Below are positions 15,547-25,900 of a stretch of DNA of 46,506 nucleotides, one piece after another. The notes under the pieces were generated by a model that worked only from the letters and a program-made list of their open reading frames with translations, was not told where the DNA came from and did not search any database. How positions within the stretch are numbered: the first letter of the stretch is position 1; each line of letters opens with the position of its first letter. The DNA lies in the NCBI GenBank assembly GCA_031261545.1, contig JAISJL010000016.1, positions 1 to 46,506 on the forward strand, written 5' to 3'. The translations under genes and the position numbers were made by a program. Source of the stretch: Candidatus Nomurabacteria bacterium. Its GTDB lineage: Bacteria; Patescibacteriota; Saccharimonadia; Saccharimonadales; Saccharimonadaceae.

Positions 15547-15744
15547 CTATTTTGAGTTCACAAACGGCAACAACGCCAAATGTCGCGCGCGCTTAATCGC
15601 CACCGCCAACTGCCTTTGTTGTTTTGCTGACAAACCAGTCTTGCTAATCGGTTCAATCTTACCATAACTATCCACAAATCGTCGCAAAGACGTTGCATCC
15701 TTATAGTCAAAATACAAACCAGCATCTTTCTTAAATCTCTTCAT
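15547..15744 (-). CDS. rpsR: 30S ribosomal protein S18
   Basis: [42 protein letters not shown]. Confidence 0.92.
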   Translation of the reverse strand: MKRFKKDAGLYFDYKDATSLRRFVDSYGKIEPISKTGLSAKQQRQLAVAIKRARHLALLPFVNSK

Positions 15745-15787
15745 AAAATCCTTTCTTTATTTAATCAAATCACAACTCTCTCCTACC

Positions 15788-15816
15788 ATTATAGCACACT
15801 TTGATTAAAAAGTCAA
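15788..15816 (-). promoter_or_regulatory. Promoter, TTGACT-17-TATAAT with a TGn extension
   Basis: Minus sense reads TTGACTTTTTAATCAAAGTGTGCTATAAT. Confidence 0.55.
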
Positions 15817-15849
15817 TTCTTACTAAACCCGCACGGTCGCGCCAGAGGA

Positions 15850-16359
15850 TTAAAATGGAACTTCGGACAAATCAATCTCCGTGTTTTCGTCAATATCATC
15901 GAGATTGATCTCGCTCGCTTTTGGCGCTGACGGTTTATTGTTCGAGGCGGGAGCAGTATAAGACGACACAAACGAAGCCTCGCTGTTATTGCCGCCAAAG
16001 TCGTTCTTCGGACCGCCACCATTTCCGCCACCAATGAAGTTGAAATCCTCAACCACCACCTCTGTGCGATAGCGCTTAGTTTTAGTTTTTTCATCTTCCC
16101 AAGACCTCTGACTCAACCGTCCACCAATAAAAATCGGATCACCCTTCTTCAAGAACTTCGCGATAGTATCGCCCAACCCGCTCCAAGCCACACAGTCAAA
16201 AAACCCAGTCTCCTCGTGCGACACGCCATCTTTTCCGCGCCAGCTATTATTCACCGCCACTGAAAAATTCGTCACATTTGTCCCCGTTGGGATACTCCGT
16301 GTCTCCGGATCGCGCGTCAAATTGCCAATCAAAAATACTTTACTAAAACCTTTTACCAT
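15850..16359 (-). CDS. ssb: Single-stranded DNA-binding protein
   Basis: OB-fold N-terminus VFLIGNLTRDPETR, a Gly-rich linker and an acidic tail DLSEVPF. Confidence 0.92.
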   Translation of the reverse strand: MVKGFSKVFLIGNLTRDPETRSIPTGTNVTNFSVAVNNSWRGKDGVSHEETGFFDCVAWSGLGDTIAKFLKKGDPIFIGGRLSQRSWEDEKTKTKRYRTEVVVEDFNFIGGGNGGGPKNDFGGNNSEASFVSSYTAPASNNKPSAPKASEINLDDIDENTEIDLSEVPF

Positions 16360-16407
16360 ATTCCTACCTTTCTTTCCTCTTTCGAGGCTTCCTTAACTTA
16401 CATATCT

Positions 16408-16436
16408 ATCATAACAAATAAAACCGCGCATTGCAA
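16408..16436 (-). promoter_or_regulatory. Promoter, TTGCAA-17-TATGAT
   Basis: Minus sense reads TTGCAATGCGCGGTTTTATTTGTTATGAT. Confidence 0.45.
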
Positions 16437-16494
16437 GCGTAAGCACTAAACTTTTTAATCTGTAAAATTACATTTTCGCAAAAAGCCAAAAACT

Positions 16495-16833
16495 CTACTC
16501 GACCACTTTTGCCGCTCGCTCTTTGGAGGCAGCCAATCGCTTGTCGGCTTTGATGTCTTTTTTGACCAACAAATAGCGCAAAACACCGTCAGTGATATTC
16601 AAAATACCGCTGACTTTAACCAGCGCTTCAGCCGGCAACGCCACAATCATAAAAACATAGGTCGCAAAATCTTGTTTTTTGATGTCATAAGCCAATTTCT
16701 TGCGTCCCCAATTGGTTTCGCTTTTGACTTCGCCACCGTTATCCGTCAAAACCCCCTTGACTTTCGTCAAAGTTGCCTCAACATCTTTCTCGGCTTCTGG
16801 CGCAAGCAGAACTGTCAATTCATACTCTTTCAT
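16495..16833 (-). CDS. rpsF: 30S ribosomal protein S6
   Basis: MKEYELTVLLAPEAE...NWGRKKLAYDIKK. Confidence 0.92.
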   Translation of the reverse strand: MKEYELTVLLAPEAEKDVEATLTKVKGVLTDNGGEVKSETNWGRKKLAYDIKKQDFATYVFMIVALPAEALVKVSGILNITDGVLRYLLVKKDIKADKRLAASKERAAKVVE

Positions 16834-16929
16834 TTCCTCGGTTCCTTTCTTTGGAGGTGTTTTACCGCAAAATCATAACAAAACCGTCACAATCTCACGA
16901 AACACCGAAAATTAATAGTTTACCCCTAC

Positions 16930-16958
16930 AGTATAGCACACTTGCGCGAAAAAATCAA
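16930..16958 (-). promoter_or_regulatory. Promoter, TTGATT-17-TATACT with a TGn extension
   Basis: Minus sense reads ...CAAGTGTGCTATACT, the same AAGTGTGCTATA core as at 15788. Confidence 0.45.
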
Positions 16959-16968
16959 GTTCCTACTA

Positions 16969-17304
16969 CTATTCCAGCCCCAAGCTCTCATTCCCGAGCG
17001 GCGATGCCCGAAAGACATCCCCTTTTATTGGTTTCGTCTGTTCATCCCAAATAATCAAAAACTCATCATAAGTATTATCGTCCAACCCCCCGCTGCTACT
17101 AAAATCCTTCGCCGCTTCATCCGAAACTGACTTCTCCGGCTCATACCCAGGACGGCTCAGATCCAACTGGATCGCCCCGCCTTTTTGGTAAACCATAATG
17201 CTGATCGCTGTCAACAAAACCGCAAACAAAATCGCCAATGCACCCAAAACTATCAGATTTCGCGTCCCTTTTTCTCCAGTCAATTTGCCAAAAAACTTAT
17301 TCAT
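16969..17304 (-). CDS. Hypothetical membrane-anchored protein
   Basis: MNKFFGKLTGEKGTRNLIVLGALAILFAVLLTAISIMVY. A single TM helix. The start at 17304 overlaps the upstream stop by 8 nt. Confidence 0.55.
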   Translation of the reverse strand: MNKFFGKLTGEKGTRNLIVLGALAILFAVLLTAISIMVYQKGGAIQLDLSRPGYEPEKSVSDEAAKDFSSSGGLDDNTYDEFLIIWDEQTKPIKGDVFRASPLGNESLGLE

Positions 17305-17824
17305 TCTCAACCGGCCCCTTCTGCCGCAAAACAATTTCTGCCCTATATTTATCCGCCAACTCCGCTAGCGTGTTGCAATTTCCCTTCACCCCACCCCGAA
17401 GCAATCGCAATTCCTCCAAATTCGCATAAAACTCTTGCGGATGTTGCGCGCAATCCACTCCCAAAATCTTCGTTGCAAAATTATCATAAACCGTGTAGCT
17501 TTTCCGAAAATATTCCACCGATTTTCCAAAATCGTTCGCAATTTTCATCAACCCATCGGCATTTTGACCATTCGCCATCACTCGCAAATCCATATTATTC
17601 ATCAAAACGCCAGATATATAGTCATATTTTTGCCCCAACGCCACTCGCGTATTAGCGTCCGAAACCTGCAACCGACGAATTTGCGTTTTAATCGAACCAC
17701 AATTTTCCGCCACCAAACTATACAAATCCTTATTCTCAGCGAAAACATTTTGTGGCAAAAAACTCATCAAAACCGCCCCCAAAACCATCACGCTTATGCT
17801 AAAACTTCGCCAAAACTTCCTCAT
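17297..17824 (-). CDS. Hypothetical secreted protein
   Basis: Signal peptide MRKFWRSFSISVMVLGAVLMSFLPQNVFA. No recognisable domain. Confidence 0.6.
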   Translation of the reverse strand: MRKFWRSFSISVMVLGAVLMSFLPQNVFAENKDLYSLVAENCGSIKTQIRRLQVSDANTRVALGQKYDYISGVLMNNMDLRVMANGQNADGLMKIANDFGKSVEYFRKSYTVYDNFATKILGVDCAQHPQEFYANLEELRLLRGGVKGNCNTLAELADKYRAEIVLRQKGPVENE

Positions 17825-17831
17825 AAACCGC

Positions 17832-19148
17832 CTACGGTGTCATCCTGTGAATATCTCTCGGGAACAAAATCGCTTCTTTGACATTGTGCAGCCCAACCGT
17901 TTTCTGCACCAACCGATCCACACCCAATCCACAACCGCCATGTGCTGGCAAACCATACTTAAACGCTTGCAAATAATATTTGTAACCAGGATGGTCAACA
18001 TCCAGCCCCGCCGCTTTCATCTGCTCAATCATCTTTTCGTAATTATGCTCACGGAGCGGACAAGTCGCAATCTCAATTCCCCGATAAATCAAATCTGCCC
18101 AATACACTACACCCTTTTCCGCATCAACTTTGTGATAAAACTTCGCCGCCGCCGCCGGAAACTCGCTCGCAAAAACCAAATCCGACCCCAACTCCTTGCG
18201 CGCATATTCCGCAATAAACTTCTCCTCATCAGGGATTAAGTCCTTCTCCTCACGCACATCATTTTTCGTCGCCTTGAAATACATTTCGTGAATCTCCGCA
18301 ATCGTAAAAATCGGCACACTTTCCGTCAATTTCAATTCCGACGCCTGCAAGCTTCGCAGTTCGTCCGCAAATTTTTCATAAGTTTTCGTAACCGCATATT
18401 TCACCGCCCCAGCCACCATATCCAAAACTTCCCCATGCGATCGCACAAATCCCATCTCCAAATCCATCATCAAAAGTTCCGATACGTGTCGCGTCGTCGC
18501 ACTCGGCTCCGCCCGATAACTATGGTTAATCTCAAAAACTCGCTCAAACGCCCCCACCATAATCTGTTTATAAAACTGCGGACTTTGCGCCAAAACACCT
18601 TTTTTGCCAAAATAGTCCACACTAAAGACTTCCGCCCCGCCCTCCGTCGCCTCCGCCAAAATCTTCGGCGTGTCGATTTCCACAAACTCTTGCGAAATCA
18701 AATACTCCCGCAACATCTGCGTCATGAACGCTCGAATCTTAAAAATCTTCTGCTCCTGCAAGTTCCGCACATTCAGCACTCGCGTCTCAAACAGAGTTTC
18801 AAGGTTCTCCGCCTTGTGGTTTATCGGCTTGTCCACCTCAATCATCGGCTCGTCGATAACTGGTGCCACAACTTTCAGTCGCACATCATGCAATTCCGCT
18901 CCGCCCGGCGCTCGCTCGTCTGCCACAACTTTCCCGACAACTTCAAGCACTGTCCCGATCTGCAGTCCGCGCAATTTCTCCAGTTCGTCCTTGTCTTCCA
19001 CCAAAATCTGCACCACACCTCGCCTATCACGCACTGACAAAAAGTTTAATCCTCCCATCAACCGCTTCTTATGCAGCCACCCCTCAATCTGTATTTCTTG
19101 CCCAATAAACCCCGCCACCTCGTCGCTCAAAACTCGTTCCTTTTCCAT
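17832..19148 (-). CDS. aspS: Aspartate--tRNA ligase, archaeal/eukaryotic type (class IIb, 438 aa)
   Basis: GGAEVFSVDYFGKKGVLAQSPQFYKQ, NHSYRAEPSATTRHVSE and GGCGLGVDRL motifs. Confidence 0.85.
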   Translation of the reverse strand: MEKERVLSDEVAGFIGQEIQIEGWLHKKRLMGGLNFLSVRDRRGVVQILVEDKDELEKLRGLQIGTVLEVVGKVVADERAPGGAELHDVRLKVVAPVIDEPMIEVDKPINHKAENLETLFETRVLNVRNLQEQKIFKIRAFMTQMLREYLISQEFVEIDTPKILAEATEGGAEVFSVDYFGKKGVLAQSPQFYKQIMVGAFERVFEINHSYRAEPSATTRHVSELLMMDLEMGFVRSHGEVLDMVAGAVKYAVTKTYEKFADELRSLQASELKLTESVPIFTIAEIHEMYFKATKNDVREEKDLIPDEEKFIAEYARKELGSDLVFASEFPAAAAKFYHKVDAEKGVVYWADLIYRGIEIATCPLREHNYEKMIEQMKAAGLDVDHPGYKYYLQAFKYGLPAHGGCGLGVDRLVQKTVGLHNVKEAILFPRDIHRMTP

Positions 19149-19150
19149 CT

Positions 19151-19879
19151 TTACTCCTTATTTTCAGTATTTCCAGTATCTTCGTCCTCTGACGAACCGG
19201 CATTTATCACTGCATCCAGAGCCTTCCGCAACGCCACGTCCGTACCCCATTCTTTACTGTCCAAAGCTCGCCCGTTCAAGAAAAACGACGGCGTCCCACT
19301 CACATCATCTTTTTGTCCCAAGTTCAAGTCGCTATTTATCTTCGCCGTCACCTCGCTCGACGCAAAATCCTTGTCAAACTGCGTCATATCCAATTCCAAT
19401 TCTCGCGCATAACTCTGAAATTGCTCCGTTCGCTTCGCCACGCCGCTATAAAACCACGCTTCCTGATTTTCATAAATCTTGACATGCATTTCCCAATATT
19501 TCCCCTGTAAACCCGCCGCTTCCACCGCACTCGCCGCTGCCTTAGTGTTTTGATGGATGCTCGTCAGCGGAAAATTGCGAAAAATAAAGGTAATCTTATC
19601 TCCATATTCCTTCACCAACGCCTGAATCCTCGGGTCGGCGCTAGCACAACCTTGACACTGAAAATCTCCATATTCCAACAAGACCACACCAGTATCCTCG
19701 CCACCCAAAACATGGTCACCAATCTGCCCGTTCACCGCGCTCGGCACCTGAATATCTCTCGGATCCAATTTCGCATATTTATCCTCTTTCCTCGCCAGCA
19801 AAACAAACAACAGCACAATCGCCGCCAACCCCAGCCCAATCCCCACATATTTCAATATTTTCTTAACATTTTCATTCAT
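19151..19879 (-). CDS. DsbA-like thioredoxin-fold thiol:disulfide oxidoreductase, membrane-anchored
   Basis: CQGC active site in YGDFQCQGCA plus an N-terminal TM helix. The start was set at ATG 19879, 6 nt after TGTTATAAT; the ORF-track TTG at 19900 lies inside that promoter. Confidence 0.8.
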   Translation of the reverse strand: MNENVKKILKYVGIGLGLAAIVLLFVLLARKEDKYAKLDPRDIQVPSAVNGQIGDHVLGGEDTGVVLLEYGDFQCQGCASADPRIQALVKEYGDKITFIFRNFPLTSIHQNTKAAASAVEAAGLQGKYWEMHVKIYENQEAWFYSGVAKRTEQFQSYARELELDMTQFDKDFASSEVTAKINSDLNLGQKDDVSGTPSFFLNGRALDSKEWGTDVALRKALDAVINAGSSEDEDTGNTENKE

Positions 19880-19885
19880 ACATAT

Positions 19886-19894
19886 ATTATAACA
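19886..19894 (-). promoter_or_regulatory. Extended -10 (TGTTATAAT), 6 nt from ATG 19879 (leaderless)
   Basis: Minus sense reads TTGTGTTATAATATATGTATGAATGAA. Confidence 0.5.
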
Positions 19895-19918
19895 CAACAA
19901 GCCACGCCAAGTAAATAC

Positions 19919-19947
19919 TTGACTTTTTGCTTCAAGTATGATATAAT
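19919..19947 (+). promoter_or_regulatory. Promoter, TTGACT-17-TATAAT with a TGn extension
   Basis: TTGACTttttgcttcaagtaTGaTATAAT, sharing the agtatgatataat core with 13204-13232. Confidence 0.6.
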
Positions 19948-19986
19948 AGACCTAAGCCTCAAAGAATAGGTGCTACTTATATATTT

Positions 19987-21117
19987 ATGAAAATCTTAGG
20001 AATCGAAAGCTCTTGCGACGAAACCGCGGCCTCGGTCGTGGAGAATGGATCAAAAATCTTGACCAACGTTGTCGCATCGCAAATCGAAATCCACAAACAA
20101 TTCGGCGGCGTAGTTCCCGAAATCGCTGCTCGCAGCCACCTCGAAATCATCAACTCCGTCATCAACCAAGCCGTGAAAAAAGTCGGCTGGGATAACATTG
20201 ACGCCATCGCTGTCACCTCCAAACCCGGTCTCATCGGCGCCCTGATGATCGGCACTCTTGCCGCTCGCACCTACGCCCTTGCCAAGAACATTCCCCTCAT
20301 TTCCGTTCACCACATCAAAGGCCACATCTACGCCAATTTCTTGAACCAAGAAAACCAAAAAAATCAACAAACCCAAAACATTCAATTTCCCATTCTTGCC
20401 CTTGTCGTTTCCGGTGGTCACACCCAAATTATTTTGCTCAAATCTCACACGGATTTCCAAATATTAGGCAGCACCCGTGACGACGCCATCGGCGAAGTCT
20501 TCGACAAAGTCGCCAAAATTATCGGTCTAAACTACCCCGGCGGCCCCGAACTTTCCAAGCTTGCCCAAAAATATCAAACAGAAAATTACACAACTAAAAT
20601 ACATTTTCCAAACGCAATTCTCAAGCCAAATCCCGCCAAACTCTACGACGGTCAATTTGATTTCAGCTTCAGCGGACTCAAAACCGCAGTATTAAGACAA
20701 GCTCAAAAAATGGCAGATGTCAATATAGATTTTCCATCATACGAACTCGCCAAAAAACTCACCGAAAACCAAAAAATCCAAATCGCTTATAATTTCGAGC
20801 AAACCGCCACTGATACTCTCGTGGGCAAAATGCAAAAGGCCGCCAATCTCACCAACCCCAAAACCATCATGCTCGCCGGTGGCGTCGCCGCCAATCGCGT
20901 CCTCCGCGCCAAACTCCAAACAACTTTCGGCAAGACCAAAATCCCAATCCATATCGCCCCACCCGAGTTCTGCACCGACAACGCCGCCATGATCGCCTCC
21001 GCCGCCTATTTCCAAATCCAAAACGCACAAATCCAAAACGGCTCAGCCCAAAATCAAGCCAATCCTTTCGCCGACCCGCTTGATTTCAGCATCGCCCCTC
21101 GCGCCAATCTTAATTAA
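19987..21117 (+). CDS. tsaD: tRNA N6-adenosine threonylcarbamoyltransferase TsaD (Kae1/Qri7 family)
   Basis: MKILGIESSCDETAASVV...SVHHIKGHIYA...LVVSGGHTQ...LAGGVAAN. Confidence 0.93.
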   Translation: MKILGIESSCDETAASVVENGSKILTNVVASQIEIHKQFGGVVPEIAARSHLEIINSVINQAVKKVGWDNIDAIAVTSKPGLIGALMIGTLAARTYALAKNIPLISVHHIKGHIYANFLNQENQKNQQTQNIQFPILALVVSGGHTQIILLKSHTDFQILGSTRDDAIGEVFDKVAKIIGLNYPGGPELSKLAQKYQTENYTTKIHFPNAILKPNPAKLYDGQFDFSFSGLKTAVLRQAQKMADVNIDFPSYELAKKLTENQKIQIAYNFEQTATDTLVGKMQKAANLTNPKTIMLAGGVAANRVLRAKLQTTFGKTKIPIHIAPPEFCTDNAAMIASAAYFQIQNAQIQNGSAQNQANPFADPLDFSIAPRANLN

Positions 21118-23083
21118 CCTCAGTCACCGTGTATAAAATCGTGCCAGCATATGTATCACCCATTTCATTACCATCCACCGATGCGCCATATTGAATAATA
21201 TATGGCATAATCCCGCCCACAACCACGCCGCTGTTTCCAAGAGCATCGCCATTCAGATCAAGCACCGCCGGAACCGACAAAGCCGGCACCGCTTGCCATG
21301 TCGCACTGGCAAAATTATTCTCGCCAGCGCTAAATTGGTAGCCCCAAGCCCGTCCGCTCAATGTCGATGCATCCAATCCCGTCTCGCTGGCAACCGGCAA
21401 AAACGGAGTATTATTGTTAATCGAAGTTCCAACCAAACTCGTCTCTGCGCCAATCATCGAAATCGCAACATTATATTCGATCCCCTCGCTACCAATCACG
21501 CGAAAAGCGCTTTTGGCCGACGCCGGCGCGTCAACTTTTGGCCTCAGCACAATCGGATCCTCCCCGCTAATCCCCGTCACATCATCCCGACCGTTGTCAA
21601 TCCCAAGAAAGCCATCGGAAATAAAGTGATACTCATTATCCAACTGGTTTCGCGCCCGACCGCCAGATTCCGTCGTAACCGTGTTGATCATGCTAACCGC
21701 AGCATAATCCACCAACCCCGTCCCAATCGTCTCAACTCGGAACTCATATTCCGTATCGCTCTGCAAACCGCCAATCGTATATTCTATCGCCGCATTTGAC
21801 AAAGTCGCCGCCGTAGTCCAATCACTTTCGGAATTATAAACTCGATATTTCACGATATATCCGTCGCTCAAATGCTTCAAATCATCACCATCGCGCGTGA
21901 TATTCCACGTCAACCTTATTTCGCTTTCAGTCTGACGATACCACGTCAACGAACTCACCGCTCGCGGCGTCAAAATGTTTTTGATCAACTGTGCAATCAA
22001 CTGGGATCCTGCCGCATTCGGATGTAAATTGTCCGAACTATTATTTTGCGTAATCGCACAGCCCAGATTTTCCAAGTTTATCAAATAAGCATGAGCATCT
22101 GACGAACCAGCCGTATAATCGCTATATCCACCCATATATGCTTCTTTATATGTCGGATAAGTCGACTTATACGCCGTGTTTTCGGGCGAACAACCCAAGT
22201 TATACGGCATGATCAAATATAATCCAGTATTTGCCGAGGTCGCCGCGCGCTCCGCTGCCAACCAGCCCGCAACCGTCGCACGCAAAGTAGCGCTACTATT
22301 CCCGCCATTCGTATCGTTAATTCCCTCGTTCGAAAAAATCGCCGTCGGCGTGCCACCAATGTAACTTCCGCCACTCAAACGGCTCTTGTTTTCAGAATAA
22401 TTTGACCACGCATCCACCGCCGCATTCCCCGTCCAGAGCGCAGGGACATAGCCACTATACGCCGTCAATTTTGACCCAGAGTATCCCAGCTGACCGTATT
22501 CAACCCCCAAAAGTTGCCCCAATTTTGGCGCATAGCCGTTCATATTATCAGTAATACTATCGCCATAGAACAAAACGCTTTTACCATTTGGCACAACCGC
22601 AGAAGTCGCTCCACCATCAGCCAAAACTATTCCGTTTATCATGAAAGCATTCGGCGGATTGCCTTCCCATCTTGACCCTGACCCAAATCCAGACATATAC
22701 ACTGTAGCCGTATGCTGACCGCTAGACAAAGAGTTCGAGAAAACCACTTCATTCCCGCTCACATCTGCCAAAGATTTGGAAATATACGACGAACTGCTGT
22801 CAATATATGCCCAAAGCACCATCGAACTCGCCGCAATCCCGCCAAGCTGGCTCGTGTCAACCGTCACACCAAAATGCGTCCCCGAAAAGTTCACCTTAAA
22901 ATACGATCCGCGTGAATTCGCCTGCATCAAATCGGTCCCAGCATACCACGTCCCCGGACTCCAATAAATATCAGCATTACTCACCGCCACATTTGCCAAC
23001 GCATGCGCCTTGCCACCAAACGCAAATCCCCCACAAATCGCCAAAATTGCAATCGCTATAACGCCAACAACCCTTTTCATCAT
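21110..23083 (-). CDS. Secreted SGNH/GDSL-type hydrolase with a fibronectin type III domain
   Basis: Signal peptide MMKRVVGVIAIAILAICGGFAFGGKAHA, a GDS block VLFYGDSITDN, and an FN3-like SSLTWYRQTESEIRLTWN...YEFRVETIG. The start was moved to 23083 (SD AAGGGGG 8 nt upstream). The ORF-track N-terminus (to 23416) overlaps glyA and is Arg/Trp-rich junk. Confidence 0.75.
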   Translation of the reverse strand: MMKRVVGVIAIAILAICGGFAFGGKAHALANVAVSNADIYWSPGTWYAGTDLMQANSRGSYFKVNFSGTHFGVTVDTSQLGGIAASSMVLWAYIDSSSSYISKSLADVSGNEVVFSNSLSSGQHTATVYMSGFGSGSRWEGNPPNAFMINGIVLADGGATSAVVPNGKSVLFYGDSITDNMNGYAPKLGQLLGVEYGQLGYSGSKLTAYSGYVPALWTGNAAVDAWSNYSENKSRLSGGSYIGGTPTAIFSNEGINDTNGGNSSATLRATVAGWLAAERAATSANTGLYLIMPYNLGCSPENTAYKSTYPTYKEAYMGGYSDYTAGSSDAHAYLINLENLGCAITQNNSSDNLHPNAAGSQLIAQLIKNILTPRAVSSLTWYRQTESEIRLTWNITRDGDDLKHLSDGYIVKYRVYNSESDWTTAATLSNAAIEYTIGGLQSDTEYEFRVETIGTGLVDYAAVSMINTVTTESGGRARNQLDNEYHFISDGFLGIDNGRDDVTGISGEDPIVLRPKVDAPASAKSAFRVIGSEGIEYNVAISMIGAETSLVGTSINNNTPFLPVASETGLDASTLSGRAWGYQFSAGENNFASATWQAVPALSVPAVLDLNGDALGNSGVVVGGIMPYIIQYGASVDGNEMGDTYAGTILYTVTEVN

Positions 23084-23138
23084 CTTCAATACCCCCTTGT
23101 TACTCATATAATAACCCACAACCACATTTTTTGCAAGG

Positions 23139-24470
23139 CTATTTATCACTCGGCAACGGGAACCGCAAAGCCATCTCTCGCACTTCCTCACGAATTTCCG
23201 CCAATTTCTCGTCATCATCCCGATTGTCAATCGCCAATTTAATCCACTCCGCCACTCGAACCATATCTTTTTCCACCAAGCCTCGCGTCGTCGCAGCTGG
23301 CGTGCCGAGGCGAATGCCCGACGGCTTAAATGGCGGCAACGAGTCGTCTGGAATAGCATTTTTGTTGAGCGAAAGTCCAATTTTGTCAATCGCCTTTTCC
23401 GCCACCGCACCGTCAATGTCGAAACTCTGCTTCACGTCTGCCAAAATCAAGTGATTATCCGTCCCGCCAGCAATCAAAACGAACCCGCGCTTTTGCAATT
23501 CTTCCGCCAAGACTTTTGCATTTTTGACAATCTGACCAGCATATTCCTTAAACTCCGGTCGCAGAGCCTCACCAAACGCCACCGCCTTCGCCGCAATCGT
23601 ATTCATCAAGGGCCCACCTTGCGTCCCCGGAAAGACCGACCTGTCAATCAACGTCGGAATATTCTCCAATTTATGCTCCGGCTTTTTCAGCGGATTTCCG
23701 ACAGTCCCTCGCGACAAAATCAATCCCCCTCGTGGCCCACGCAAAGTTTTATGCGTCGTCGTCGTGATCACATGAAACCCAAAATCAAACGGATTCGGAT
23801 GCTGACCGCCAACAATCAACCCAGCCACATGCGCCATATCCGCCATCAAAAGTGCACCCACTTTCTTCCCGATTTCCGCCACACGCCCAAAGTCCGGGAT
23901 TCGCGAATATGCCGAATATCCCACGAGAATTATCTTCGGGTTTTCCGCCACCGCCACTTTTTCGAGAGCATCATAGTCAATTTCTCCCGTCTTAATGTCT
24001 TTCTGCCCATACCGCACAAAATTATAAATCTTCGCCGCCTGCGTTACCGGCGCCCCATGCGTAAGGTGTCCACCATGCCCCAAATCCATCCCCAAAATCG
24101 TATCTCCCGGCTCACACCATGCATTGTAAACTGCCATATTCGCCTGCGCCCCCGAATGCGGCTGCACATTTGCGTGATCTGCCCCAAAAAGTTCCTTCGC
24201 CCGATCAATCGCCAATTGCTCCACCTTATCGGTATTTTCCTGCCCCCCGTAATACCTCCGCCCAGGCGTCCCTTCGCTATATTTATTGGTAAAAACCGAC
24301 CCAAGAGCCTGCAAAACTCCTCTCGAGACATAATTTTCGCTCGGAATTAGTTCGAAACCGTTCCTTTGCCTCTCCTCCTCAGCTGCAATCAAGTCAAAAA
24401 CCGCCGCATCTTCCACCTCACACACGCAATCTTTTCCACAGGTTTTGCACATCTTTTCCAAATGACTCAT
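23139..24470 (-). CDS. glyA: Serine hydroxymethyltransferase with a Cys-rich N-terminal extension
   Basis: ELIPSENY, the PLP-lysine region [14 protein letters not shown], and 443 aa. The start ATG overlaps the folA stop (ATGA). Confidence 0.93.
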   Translation of the reverse strand: MSHLEKMCKTCGKDCVCEVEDAAVFDLIAAEEERQRNGFELIPSENYVSRGVLQALGSVFTNKYSEGTPGRRYYGGQENTDKVEQLAIDRAKELFGADHANVQPHSGAQANMAVYNAWCEPGDTILGMDLGHGGHLTHGAPVTQAAKIYNFVRYGQKDIKTGEIDYDALEKVAVAENPKIILVGYSAYSRIPDFGRVAEIGKKVGALLMADMAHVAGLIVGGQHPNPFDFGFHVITTTTHKTLRGPRGGLILSRGTVGNPLKKPEHKLENIPTLIDRSVFPGTQGGPLMNTIAAKAVAFGEALRPEFKEYAGQIVKNAKVLAEELQKRGFVLIAGGTDNHLILADVKQSFDIDGAVAEKAIDKIGLSLNKNAIPDDSLPPFKPSGIRLGTPAATTRGLVEKDMVRVAEWIKLAIDNRDDDEKLAEIREEVREMALRFPLPSDK

Positions 24471-24976
24471 ATCTTATCCTTTCTTAAATATTTCACAAAC
24501 TCATATTTTATGCCGCTTTTCTCGTCAACTCCATCTCCCAAGATCTCTCTATCGTAATCTGACTTGTTAAACTCCGCGAAATACACGTCTGCCGCATTAT
24601 CCTCCGCTTTAATTTCCGTCAAATATATTTCGCGAGCAAAAGGCAAAAGTTGCTCATAAATCGAACCTCCGCCAATCACGAAAATCCTCTCACTCGAACT
24701 TCGATTTTCAGCAATAAACCCATCCAAATCCGTCACCAATTCGTCAAAATCACCCTCAAAAGCAGAATCTGCCACCACGATATTCCATCTATCCGCTAAT
24801 TTTCTGAAACCATCTTTCCGAACTGGCAAACTTTCCCAAGTCCGCCGCCCCATCAACACCTTCCCGCCAGAAGTCGTCTGCCGAAAAAACCGCATATCAT
24901 CCGCCAAGTGCCACACCAAATCTCCACTCTTCCCCAATTCACCATTTTTGCCAATGGCAGCCACAATCACAAACAT
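24467..24976 (-). CDS. folA: Dihydrofolate reductase
   Basis: [35 protein letters not shown]...[12 protein letters not shown]. Confidence 0.9.
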   Translation of the reverse strand: MFVIVAAIGKNGELGKSGDLVWHLADDMRFFRQTTSGGKVLMGRRTWESLPVRKDGFRKLADRWNIVVADSAFEGDFDELVTDLDGFIAENRSSSERIFVIGGGSIYEQLLPFAREIYLTEIKAEDNAADVYFAEFNKSDYDREILGDGVDEKSGIKYEFVKYLRKDKI

Positions 24977-24977
24977 A

Positions 24978-25847
24978 CTACACCGCCACCGGCATTTTAA
25001 TCTTGCCTTGATGTTCATAATTTTCCAACCGAATGTCCTTCAATTCTTTCGAATTGTCAAAATCAAAGAAATCTTTCACAGAAGGGTTAATCCACAATCT
25101 CGGCGCATCAAACAATTTTCCATCCGTCGCAATTTTCTCATCTCGCCGCCTAATCTGCTCTCGTATACCCTCAATCTGGTTCTCATAAATGTGCGCATCG
25201 TTAATCACATAAGTAAACTGTCCAACCCGAAGCCCACAAACCTGCGCAATCAAATGACACAGCACAGCGTATTGCGACACATTAAACGGCATCCCCAGCG
25301 GCACATCATTCGAACGCACCGTCACCATCATATTCAATTTTCCATCTGCCGACACATTCCATTGCGAGTTCCACACGCAACTAGGCAACGCCGCCGTCGG
25401 CAACCACTCATTTTGCCACAGCGAAATTATCATCCTTCGGTTTGTCGGATCTTCCTTAATCGTTTTAATCAGATTTTGTATCAGTTCATATTTTCGCACA
25501 ATCCACCCATACGCTGTCCCAATCGTATAAGCATATTCCTTGCCAAAATCTTTCCCCATATATTTTCCATCTTCGCCAATCTGCCACTCGTTCCAAATCG
25601 AAACTCCGCGCTCCTGTAACCACCGCACATCATTGCTCTGCGCCTGATAAATCCACAACATTTCAATCACGGCCGACTTAAACGCCACAAACTTCGTCGT
25701 CAAAATCGGAAACCCCTCGCCAAGGTCAAAGGTCAGAATCTTATGCGGCAATCGATAAGTCGCCACCCCCGTCCTGTTCTGTGCGTATTCTCCATTGTCT
25801 AAAATATCCTGACACAAATCAAGATATTGTTCATCAAACTTCGACAT
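24978..25847 (-). CDS. thyA: Thymidylate synthase (ThyA)
   Basis: [11 protein letters not shown]...[10 protein letters not shown] (catalytic Cys)...[17 protein letters not shown] upstream. Confidence 0.93.
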   Translation of the reverse strand: MSKFDEQYLDLCQDILDNGEYAQNRTGVATYRLPHKILTFDLGEGFPILTTKFVAFKSAVIEMLWIYQAQSNDVRWLQERGVSIWNEWQIGEDGKYMGKDFGKEYAYTIGTAYGWIVRKYELIQNLIKTIKEDPTNRRMIISLWQNEWLPTAALPSCVWNSQWNVSADGKLNMMVTVRSNDVPLGMPFNVSQYAVLCHLIAQVCGLRVGQFTYVINDAHIYENQIEGIREQIRRRDEKIATDGKLFDAPRLWINPSVKDFFDFDNSKELKDIRLENYEHQGKIKMPVAV

Positions 25848-25900
25848 TTCCTAACCTCCTTTTTCTCCCATCTAATTACCCTATAATTATACACTAATAT

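Noticed and set aside
23084-23416. Roughly 110-codon N-terminal extension of the SGNH/FN3 protein ORF.
   Set aside because: It overlaps the 3' end of glyA and is Arg/Trp-rich nonsense. A signal peptide with a good SD begins at 23083.
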